Positions 56,164-64,000 of a stretch of 64,000 nucleotides of DNA are shown here, piece by piece. The stretch is taken from NCBI GenBank assembly GCA_963822965.1, contig CAWGJT010000010.1, forward strand, positions 96,001 to 160,000, written 5' to 3'. The position numbers and the translations under genes are program-made. The notes under the pieces are model-generated. The model made no database searches, was not told the DNA's origin, and saw nothing but the letters and a program-made list of their open reading frames with translations. The number at the start of each line of letters is the position of its first letter. Position 1 is the stretch's first letter. Source of the stretch: an uncultured delta proteobacterium. GTDB lineage: Bacteria > Myxococcota_A > UBA9160 > UBA4427.

Positions 56164-56583
56164 CTACTGGATCTCGACCACCTTGACGTCGAAGTGCAGC
56201 GTCTGGCCCGCCAGCGGATGGTTCAGGTCCACGACGACGACGTCCTCGCGCACCTCCTTCACACGCACCGGGATGCGGTTGCCCTGGGGATCGGACGCCA
56301 GCAGCTGGGTGCCCACCTCCCGGGCCTCTTCCGGCACCTGCTCGACGGACACCGCCTGGGCCCGCTCGGGATCGACCGGCCCGTAGCCCTGCTCGGGAGG
56401 CAGGGTCACCTCCTTCGTCTCGTTCACCGAGAGACCCGAGAGAGCTTCCTCCAGGGCCGGCAGGATCTGGCCCTCTCCCTGGGTGTAGCTCAGGGGCTCG
56501 CGGCCCACGTTGGTGTCCGCGGTCGTGCCGTCGTCGAGCTTCAGGGTGTACTCGATGGACACGCGTTTGCCGTCCTGGATCAC
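56164..56583 (-). CDS. slyD: FKBP-type peptidyl-prolyl isomerase (SlyD-like, no His-rich tail)
   Basis: AAGGAGG + GTG; V.IEYTL, ILPALE.AL, PEQGYG, DLNHPLAG..L.F.V. Confidence 0.9.
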   Translation of the reverse strand: MIQDGKRVSIEYTLKLDDGTTADTNVGREPLSYTQGEGQILPALEEALSGLSVNETKEVTLPPEQGYGPVDPERAQAVSVEQVPEEAREVGTQLLASDPQGNRIPVRVKEVREDVVVVDLNHPLAGQTLHFDVKVVEIQ

Positions 56584-56887
56584 GCATTCCTCCTTCCTGA
56601 GTCGTCTGTCGCGAGACGGCCAAGCTAACACAGCAGCGAGGGCTGGCGAGGCGTGATGCGGATTTCAAATCCCGGGCGGGCGCCACGGCTTCGAGCGCCA
56701 CGTTCGAGGGAGTCGTTTACGATTGTACAAGCGCGCATGACGCGCACGAAGGCGCGACGAGCCGCGACAACGGACGACGACAGGCGATCCCTGGGGCGGG
56801 GGCGCGGGAGAAGCTGCTTGGAGAGCCTGATGCGCAACGACTGAGCGATCGGTGACCGCACGGCCGGAGCGAGCCGGAGCGCGGGCC

Positions 56888-57307
56888 TCAGCCGGAGGCG
56901 AGCCAGAGATATCCCTCGAGAAACGACCCCACCAGCGCCAGCAGACAGCAGAGCACGATCGCGAGGCGCAGGCCCGGCGCGGCCGGAGGCGCCTCCTCGG
57001 CGAGGCGCGCGGCGAAGCGGCGGTACCGCGCGGCCGAGGCCAGGCTCGCGAGTACGCCGATGGCGACCAACACGAGCCCGACCCACGACGACCACGGCAC
57101 GCCCTGGAGCCCACCCGGCTGCCGCCTCGCCAGCAGCAGGCCGAAGCGATCCACCGCGAATCCCAGCACCATGAAGGCGATCGCGGCCCGCACCCAGGTG
57201 AGCAGCGTGCGCTCGGCGGCCAGCTGGACCAGGGCCCGCCCCGAGTCCGGCAGGCTCGCGTCGGATTCGTCGCGTTCGGGCGGCGCCGGCCCGCGGTCCG
57301 CATCCAT
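56888..57307 (-). CDS. DUF202 (YidH-like) membrane protein
   Basis: LAAERTLLTWVR...GF..DRFG plus TM helices. Confidence 0.85.
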   Translation of the reverse strand: MDADRGPAPPERDESDASLPDSGRALVQLAAERTLLTWVRAAIAFMVLGFAVDRFGLLLARRQPGGLQGVPWSSWVGLVLVAIGVLASLASAARYRRFAARLAEEAPPAAPGLRLAIVLCCLLALVGSFLEGYLWLASG

Positions 57308-57336
57308 CCCGCAGAGCCTATCGCTGCGGAGACGGA

Positions 57337-57459
57337 ACGGCGAAGGCGGCGGAAGCGGGACGGCAAAGGCGGCGGAGGCGGGACGGCGAAGGCGGCGGAG
57401 GCGGGACGGCAAAGGCGGCGGAAGCGGGACGGCAAAGGCGGCTGAGAAAGGCGGCTGAG
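57337..57459. repeat. 23-bp tandem repeat (about 5 units)
   Basis: acggc(a/g)aaggcggcgga(a/g)gcggg units at 57337, 57360, 57383, 57406 and 57429. Confidence 0.92.
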
Positions 57460-58195
57460 GCGAGCGGTGCGGTTCGAGAAGTAGTCGTGCGGCTGGATCC
57501 GGAACCCGTCCTCGTCCGACCAGGAGTCTCCACTCACCATCACCCGGAGCTCGGGGCGCTCGATGCCGTGCTCTTCGAAGTACTGCTGCACCATCAGCGG
57601 CGTCGTCACCTGCTCGTTGAGGCGGAACGTCTCGCGGTGCAGGTGGCAGTGGTTGCTGGCGAAGGGGATGGCGTACCGCGCGCCCGTGGCCCGCGCCACA
57701 TCGGCGAAGTCGCGCGTGTACCGCAGGGGATCGTCCACGCTCTGCTGAGGCTGGTCGATCAGCTCGTAGCAGATGCGCGAGTTCGCGCTGCTGTGGCTTC
57801 GCAACAGGAAGTCGATGCGCGGGTGACGGCGCAGGATCTGCTTCAGCGGGCCGCCCATGATCTTGGCGTCGTTGCAGTTGAGAATCAGTGTCCGTCGGCC
57901 GCGATCACCAGCACGCTGTCGAGGTAGGGGCCGAAGTGGTAGGAGGCGATCGTGAACCCGGGACGGATCACGTGGCTCTGTCCGTGGTGCAGCTCGACCA
58001 CGTTCCGGAAGCCCATGACCTCGAGGTCTTCCTTCATGCGGCCGCAGGGCTCGCGGGGGATCACGATGCGCTTGTCCAGGCCGAGCTTGCGAAGCGAGAT
58101 GCCCTGGAAGTGGTCCCAGTGGACGTGGGTGAGGTAGATCACGTCGGGGGCGAGGGAGTCCACCAGCTCGCGACTTACCGGCTTGGCCGGGGTGA
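57460..58195 (-). pseudogene. Internal fragment of an MBL-fold metallohydrolase (UlaG/CMP-NeuAc-hydroxylase-like), frameshifted near 57890
   Basis: IYLTHVHWDH, DS.LVI | ILNCNDAK, IPFASNH; no recognisable N-terminus; C-terminus runs into the repeat. Confidence 0.75.
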
Positions 58196-58376
58196 GGGCG
58201 CGGCGCGGGCGGGGCGCCTGAAGGGGAGGGCGCCTTGCCAGGGCGCCGAGGGCGTGCTCGCGGCCGGGTTTGCGCTGGCCCCGGCGACCGCCGACCCTCC
58301 CGTGATGAACCCCGCACTCCGGGAGCCCCGCAAGGGCCGGGAAGGCCGCGCACCGCGGAGCCGTGGGCGCCATGCG

Positions 58377-59165
58377 ATGGCCGCACGCCGGGGATCCCGC
58401 GGTAGACATGCCTGGGTGTGGCTCGCGATCGCCCCGGCGGTGCTCGGATGTACGGAGCTCCAGGGTCTCGGGCTCGAGGACATCCTGCAGGCGCCCGGCG
58501 CGACCTCCGAGGCGCGCGTGGCGGCCGGATTGCGCGAGGCGCTGCGGGTGGGAACCGAGCGCGCTACGGCCAGCCTGTCCCGGCCCGGAGGCTTCGCGAA
58601 CGTGCCGGCGCTGCGTCTCTCCCTGCCCGAGAACCTGCAGCCCGCCGCGCGCACGCTCCGGGCGGTGGGCCTCGGCAAGCCCGTCGACGATCTCGAGGCC
58701 GCCATGAACCGCGCCGCCGAGCGCGCGGCAGGCGAGGCCGTCCCGGTCTTTGCCGACGCCCTCTCCGCCATGACGATTGCCGACGCGCTCGCCATCCTGA
58801 ACGGTCCCGGCGATGCCGCCACGCGCTACTTCCAGGAGCACACGGCGGCGGCCCTGCGGACGCGATTCGCCCCGGTGGTCGACTCGGCGATGCAGCAGGT
58901 GGGTGTCTACCAGAGCTACCAGGAGACCCAGCGCGTCTACCAGACCATCCCCTTCAGCGCCGCGCTGCCCGCCCCCGACCTGCAGGGCTACGTGCTCGAC
59001 CGCACCCTCGCGGGCCTGTTCAGCACCCTCGCGAGCGAGGAAGCCCGCATCCGCGAGGATCCGGCGGCGCGCACCACCGCGCTGCTGCGCGAGGTCTTCG
59101 GCAGGACTTCCGCTTCGGGGTCGCCTCAGCCGAGCGCCTTCCGGGGGCGCCGCCGGTCGTCGTGA
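58377..59165 (+). CDS. DUF4197 family lipoprotein
   Basis: VLGC lipobox; GLREAL.VG, MNRAAE.A, ILNG..DAATRYF, GLF..LA.EE..IR.DP.ARTT.LL..VFG. Confidence 0.9.
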   Translation: MAARRGSRGRHAWVWLAIAPAVLGCTELQGLGLEDILQAPGATSEARVAAGLREALRVGTERATASLSRPGGFANVPALRLSLPENLQPAARTLRAVGLGKPVDDLEAAMNRAAERAAGEAVPVFADALSAMTIADALAILNGPGDAATRYFQEHTAAALRTRFAPVVDSAMQQVGVYQSYQETQRVYQTIPFSAALPAPDLQGYVLDRTLAGLFSTLASEEARIREDPAARTTALLREVFGRTSASGSPQPSAFRGRRRSS

Positions 59166-59193
59166 GCCTGGACTGGGGCACGGGCTTCGTCGC

Positions 59194-62190
59194 TCAGGGC
59201 AGGTAGCGCGCCTCGAGCTCCTTGACCGCCTTGCGGAGGATGCGCTCGGTGTCGCGGTCGGAGCCGAAGAAGCTCACGCCCATGCCGCTCGGCTCGTGGG
59301 GCCGGGCCGGGTCTTCTTGCTGCACGTGGACGACCCGTGCGAAGCCCCGGAAGCGGTCGTGGGGCATGTCCATCTCCACCCGCAGCGAGCTGCCCACCGG
59401 AAGCGGGTCGCTCGTCTCGACGAAGGCGCCGCGGGGCGAGAGGCTCGACACCACCGCGACCTCACGGCGGTTGCCGCTGGAGATGCTGGCCGTCAGGTCG
59501 ACGGGGACGCGCGGCTCGCGCCGGTCGGCGATCTCGCACGAGAGCGCCATGGCGCTCTTCAGGAGGCAGCGCAGCTCGGTGTCGTTGAACGGAACCCACA
59601 GCACCCAGTCCACGCCGGACTCCCGAATGGTGCTCCGGACGTCGTCCTCGGGTCGCTCGCCGATCACGATCACGCGGCGGCGCTCGCCGCAGAGCTCGGC
59701 CAGGTGGCTCATCACCCGGTTCAGGCCGTCGAAGTCCACCGTGGGAGGGGCCGCGACGACCCGGATGCCGTCGCCTTCCTGGTTGACGAAGAGGTGCGCC
59801 TCGTCGATCGCGGAGGCGTAGTGGATGTCGATTCCGAGCCGGCTGAGGCGCAGGGCGACGGCGCCGAGCGCCTCGTCGCCGTCGTCGATGACGAGCACCC
59901 GCCCGCGGTCGTGCGCCGGCGTCCGCACGACGCTCTTCTCCGGCGCGGCGGGGCTCGCGCTGCGCAGGACCGGGGCGTCGTCCTCCTGGAGCGCTTCGTC
60001 CTCGAGCCTGGCGCGGGCCCAGGGAGAGGTTCCGTTCGGCGTGCACACCGGAGCCGGCGCGCCGGTGGGCGCCAGGAAGCGGAGCGCCTCCTCGGCCGGG
60101 ACGGCGGGGGCGTACAGGAAGCCCTGGATCTGGTCGCAGCGCATGTTGCGCAGGATCTCGGCCTGCTCCTCGCAGTCGACCCCTTCGGCGACGACGGTGA
60201 GTCCGAGGCTGTGGGCCATGGCGACCACCGCCGAGGCGATGCCCATCGCCGAGGGGTTGCTGTCGATGTCTCGTAGCAGGCCCCGGTCCATCTTCAGGAC
60301 GTCGAGGTTGAAGCGGTTGAGGTAGGTGAGCGCCGAGTAGCCGGTGCCGAAGTCGTCGAGGGCGATGCGGACGCCGATGGAGCGCAGGTCGCGAAGGACC
60401 AGCTCCACGTGGTCGCCTTCGGCGAGCAGCAGGCTCTCGGTGAGCTCGAGCTCCAGGTGCCGCGGGTCGATCTGGTGCTGCTTGAGCGCGTCGCTCACCA
60501 CGCACTGCAGGTCGACCTCGGTGAACTGGTGGCTCGAGACGTTCACGGCGACGGGCACGATCGCGAGCCCCGCCTGCTTCCACTCCTGCAGCTGCCGGCA
60601 GGCCTCCTGCAGCGCCCAGGTTCCCAGCTCGCTGATCAGCCCGCGTTCCTCGGCGACGGGGATGAACTCGGCCGGGCCGACGTCGCCCAGGTCGGGGCTC
60701 TTCCAGCGCATGAGCGCCTCGAAGCCCACCACCGTGCCGGTGGGCGCATCGACCTTGGGCTGGTAGAAGAGCCGCAGCTCGTCGTGCTCGATCGCCTGGC
60801 GGAGTCCCTGCTCCAGGCGTGTGGCGCGATCTGCCCTCTCGTCGAACGAGGTCTCGTAGCGCGCGTAGCGTCGCCTTCCCTTGCTCTTGGCGGCGTAGAG
60901 AGCCGTGTCCGCATGACGGATCAGGGTGTCGAGGTCGTGACCGTCCTCCGGGCACACGGCGATGCCGACGCTCGCCGACACCTTGAGGGTGCGCTGGCGC
61001 AGCTCGATGGGCCGACCCACCAGCTCGAGGATCCAGCCGGCCAGCTCGGCGGCGCTCTGGCCGTCGCGGAGTCGCGGCGCGATGACGGCGAACTCGTCCC
61101 CGGAGAGGCGCGCGACGGTGAGGGGCGCGTGGGAGACTCCGAAGCGCTCGACCTCCTCCAGCACCAGACAGGTTCGGAATCGCTCGGCCAGGGCCTCCAG
61201 CAGGGTGTCGCCGGCACCGTGGCCCAGGGAATCGTTGATGGCCTTGAAGTCGTCGAGGTCGATGTAGAAGAGACCGGTGCGGTAGGAAGACCGGCGCGCG
61301 TCTTCCAGCACCTGGGTCAGGGTCTCGAGGAAGAGCCGCCGGTTCGCCAGGCCCGTCAGGCTGTCGTAGTGGGCGAGCTTCACGAGGCGGCGCTCGTCGC
61401 GGTAGCTGCCGGTGACGTCGCGAACCAGAATGCCGCGCGCGCGCGCCAGCGGGCCCCGGGCGGGCGCGGCCGTGGTCCACGCCTCGAGCATGCGGCCCGA
61501 GCCCGTGCGCAGCCGCCCCCGTCGCGCCTGGCCGTCCCGGAGCAGCTGCCGGACGGCGTCGGGCAGGGTGGCGCTGGGCGACCCGTCCCGTCCCGCCAGC
61601 CGCAACGTCTTGCGGGCCTTCTCGCTGGCGTGCAGCAGCCGTCCCTTCGCGTCGACCACCAGCATGTGGTCGCCGGCCGTCTGCATCGCCGCCGCGCGTA
61701 CGCGCGAGATCAGCCGGGCCCGCGAGCTCGCCGACAGCAGCAACGGCGCGAGCACCGCGCCCAACACGCCGGCCTCGACCGGACCGGGTCGGAGCGGCAG
61801 GCCGAAAGTCTCGAGGAAGGGAGAGACCGCCCAGCTGGACGTGCCGGCCAGGGTCGCTCCCAGCAGGAGCAGGCCGCGGTTCGTCTCGACCTCGGCGAGC
61901 CAGATGAGCAGCCCGATTCCGACGAGCGCGATCCCCTCGCCCCGGAGCAGGAGCTCCCAGGGTGCATCCGTCGCTTCGTCGCCCACCACCAGTCCCAGTA
62001 CACCGCGGAGGGACGAGACGGCCCCCATCGTGAGCACGGCATTGCCCAGCAGCCAGCAGCCGCTCGCCGCGTAGCTCTGGAGCGTTCCGCTGGCATGGGG
62101 ACGGGGCCACCGGATGGCGGCCGCGACGAGCGCCGCCGCACCCAGAAGGAGGGCGGAAGCCAGTACCAGGGGCTGAGCTGCGTACTGCAT
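59194..62190 (-). CDS. Membrane PAS-GGDEF-EAL protein with C-terminal REC-like and PilZ domains
   Basis: About 5 N-terminal TM helices; YDSLTGLANR, DLDDFK.IND..GH..GD, SGDEF; FEAL, DDFGTGYS, AEGV; RVLVIDD; RREPR..SLSPRG. Confidence 0.93.
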   Translation of the reverse strand: MQYAAQPLVLASALLLGAAALVAAAIRWPRPHASGTLQSYAASGCWLLGNAVLTMGAVSSLRGVLGLVVGDEATDAPWELLLRGEGIALVGIGLLIWLAEVETNRGLLLLGATLAGTSSWAVSPFLETFGLPLRPGPVEAGVLGAVLAPLLLSASSRARLISRVRAAAMQTAGDHMLVVDAKGRLLHASEKARKTLRLAGRDGSPSATLPDAVRQLLRDGQARRGRLRTGSGRMLEAWTTAAPARGPLARARGILVRDVTGSYRDERRLVKLAHYDSLTGLANRRLFLETLTQVLEDARRSSYRTGLFYIDLDDFKAINDSLGHGAGDTLLEALAERFRTCLVLEEVERFGVSHAPLTVARLSGDEFAVIAPRLRDGQSAAELAGWILELVGRPIELRQRTLKVSASVGIAVCPEDGHDLDTLIRHADTALYAAKSKGRRRYARYETSFDERADRATRLEQGLRQAIEHDELRLFYQPKVDAPTGTVVGFEALMRWKSPDLGDVGPAEFIPVAEERGLISELGTWALQEACRQLQEWKQAGLAIVPVAVNVSSHQFTEVDLQCVVSDALKQHQIDPRHLELELTESLLLAEGDHVELVLRDLRSIGVRIALDDFGTGYSALTYLNRFNLDVLKMDRGLLRDIDSNPSAMGIASAVVAMAHSLGLTVVAEGVDCEEQAEILRNMRCDQIQGFLYAPAVPAEEALRFLAPTGAPAPVCTPNGTSPWARARLEDEALQEDDAPVLRSASPAAPEKSVVRTPAHDRGRVLVIDDGDEALGAVALRLSRLGIDIHYASAIDEAHLFVNQEGDGIRVVAAPPTVDFDGLNRVMSHLAELCGERRRVIVIGERPEDDVRSTIRESGVDWVLWVPFNDTELRCLLKSAMALSCEIADRREPRVPVDLTASISSGNRREVAVVSSLSPRGAFVETSDPLPVGSSLRVEMDMPHDRFRGFARVVHVQQEDPARPHEPSGMGVSFFGSDRDTERILRKAVKELEARYLP

Positions 62191-62396
62191 GCGCTTCCGG
62201 GAGCCGGCGAGGCTCGCGCCGAACCTGACGAGGCCACGAGCGGGTCTCGTCTCGACTCCAGGATCATCGGCCTGCCGCGGACGTCGCTGAAGGGGAGCCG
62301 GGCCGATCCGCGGCCCGGGGCGGCCCGTCCGGCCGCTACGTTCCGCTGGGCCCGGCGTCCTACGTCAGCTCCGGACGGAGCTGCCTTCCGCGGTCC

Positions 62397-63932
62397 TCAG
62401 ACCGGAGCGCGCCAGGCCGGCCAGCGCTCGGGCATGGGCGGCAGGCTGCGGTAGAGCTGCGCCACCAGCTCGTCCCGCAGCCCGCGACGAAGGGCGTCGT
62501 CCCACAGGTTCTCGAGCTGCAGGGGGTCGTTCCGCAGGTCGTAGAGCTCGCCCTCGCTGCCGTCGTAGAGCGTGCTCTTCTCGTAGGCCGTGCAGAGGAC
62601 GCCGTCGCGGTAGATGCTGCGCATGTGCGTCGTCGTTCCCCGGAACTCGCAGTCCCACTCGGTGAGGACCTGATCGCGATCCGATCCGGGCCGCATGGGG
62701 AGCGGGCGCCCCTGGCTCCACACCGGCTCCGGGACACCCGCGATCTCGCAGAACGTCGCGGCCAGGTCGATGTGGCCCACCGGCTCCTCGATCTCCGCCG
62801 GGGCGATTCCCGCACGGGGCGCCGGGCGCCAGATCATCGGTACGCGCATCAGCGCGTCCACGTGGTAGGGCCCCTTGAAGAGCAGCCCGAAGTCGCCCTG
62901 GAACTCGCCGTGGTCCGACGTGAAGACGACGTCCGTATCCTGCGCCCGGCCGCGTTCCTCGAGCCGGGACAGCACGCGTCCGCAGGCCTCGTCGATCAGC
63001 TCGTTCTCCACGTGGGTGAGCGCGTTGATCTCGCGGATCTGGTCGGCGGTGAGCTGCGCGGGCACGAACGAGGGCGGTGCCTCCACGTTGATGGCGCCGC
63101 GTCCCTCGAACCAGTCGAGCCAGTGGCGCGGCTTGCGCGCCAGCACCGCGCGGCAGGCGTCCGCGCTCCCCGGGTATCCGGGCGGAAGCGCCAGCTCGCG
63201 CCAGTCGACGCGTCCGATCTCCGAGAGCGGGGGGTCCCAGGGATGGTGCGGATCGGGAAAGCTCATCCAGACGAAGAAGGGGGCGTCGTCCGGCAGCGAA
63301 TCGAGATAGGCGATCGTTCGGTCCGCCACCCAATCCGTGTGGTAGAGCTCTCGGGGCACCGGGTTGAAGTGCGCCTGGGGAGCGCCCGTGTCACCCCCGC
63401 CCGCGCCGTTGACGCAGAACTCTCCGTTCTCGAAGTAGACCTGGCGGTAGAAGTTCTGGATCTGGTCCGGGTGTTGCTCGCGCATGAAGCGCGGGTAGTG
63501 ACCGAAGCCCACCGGGCCGTGCATCACCAGCTCCACGTGGCCGAAGCCGCGATAGGGCCCCGTGGATCCCTCCCGCGCCATGCGCCCTTCGGGCCATTCC
63601 CCCTTCGGGTCGAAGGCCGGCTCGAAGTGGGCCTTGCCGAGCAACGCCGTGCGGTAGCCCGCCTGCTCCGCGAGATGGGCCGCGACGCTCGGCGCCTCCT
63701 CGGGCAGGGGCACGCCGTTCATCCACACCCCGTGCGTGCGGACGTACTGTCCCGTCACCATGGTGGAGCGAGCCGGCATGCAGACGACGTTCTGGTTGTG
63801 GGCCCGCCGGTAGTTGAGACCCTGGGCGGCGAGGCCGTCGACGACGGGTGTCCGCGCGACGCGGCCCCCGTTGCAGCCGAGTGCGTCGTAGCGCTGCTGG
63901 TCGGTGGTGATGAAGAGGATGCTTCGAGGCAT
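62397..63932 (-). CDS. Sulfatase (formylglycine, Cys-type)
   Basis: ITTDQQR, CMPAR, GKAH, PDPHHP, SDHG, ELYDL..DP. Confidence 0.95.
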   Translation of the reverse strand: MPRSILFITTDQQRYDALGCNGGRVARTPVVDGLAAQGLNYRRAHNQNVVCMPARSTMVTGQYVRTHGVWMNGVPLPEEAPSVAAHLAEQAGYRTALLGKAHFEPAFDPKGEWPEGRMAREGSTGPYRGFGHVELVMHGPVGFGHYPRFMREQHPDQIQNFYRQVYFENGEFCVNGAGGGDTGAPQAHFNPVPRELYHTDWVADRTIAYLDSLPDDAPFFVWMSFPDPHHPWDPPLSEIGRVDWRELALPPGYPGSADACRAVLARKPRHWLDWFEGRGAINVEAPPSFVPAQLTADQIREINALTHVENELIDEACGRVLSRLEERGRAQDTDVVFTSDHGEFQGDFGLLFKGPYHVDALMRVPMIWRPAPRAGIAPAEIEEPVGHIDLAATFCEIAGVPEPVWSQGRPLPMRPGSDRDQVLTEWDCEFRGTTTHMRSIYRDGVLCTAYEKSTLYDGSEGELYDLRNDPLQLENLWDDALRRGLRDELVAQLYRSLPPMPERWPAWRAPV

Positions 63933-64000
63933 CGGGGCAGGGTAACGCGGCGCGCCCGGGAGCGAAGCGGCACGCGCGGCGCTTCGCCCTTGACGGGCGC

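Overview
A very GC-rich window (roughly 70% by eye) from a diderm bacterium. It has PEP-CTERM tails, lipoproteins and outer-membrane barrels; a Myxococcota-like origin is my inference. I found about 48 protein-coding loci and no rRNA, tRNA, CRISPR array or transposase. Best candidate for an undescribed system (1-12609): a giant surface protein (truncated by the window edge; two FG-GAP propellers, PKD-like repeats, dockerin) followed by DUF3467, a GAF-HlyD adaptor, an RRE/PqqD-M50 peptidase-HlyD fusion and a C-terminally truncated SecA paralogue. This looks like a dedicated export machine in which SecA may replace an ABC ATPase. Other notable items: a lower-GC islet with an XRE repressor, a perfect 18-bp operator and a divergent GIY-YIG nuclease; a His/Cys-rich DUF2946-like leader before a CxxC outer-membrane barrel and TlpA; surface proteins with three kinds of C-terminal sorting tail; a dispersed CTAG-associated hairpin repeat family; many short tandem repeats; and a membrane GGDEF-EAL-REC-PilZ protein. 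The rest is lipid and redox metabolism (FabH, FabF, WS/DGAT, SDRs, P450, hydrolases, sulfatase). Several single-base frameshifts (38.9-41.2 kb, 55.1 kb, 57.9 kb) probably reflect assembly indels. All family calls come from motif recognition by eye, not from database searches.
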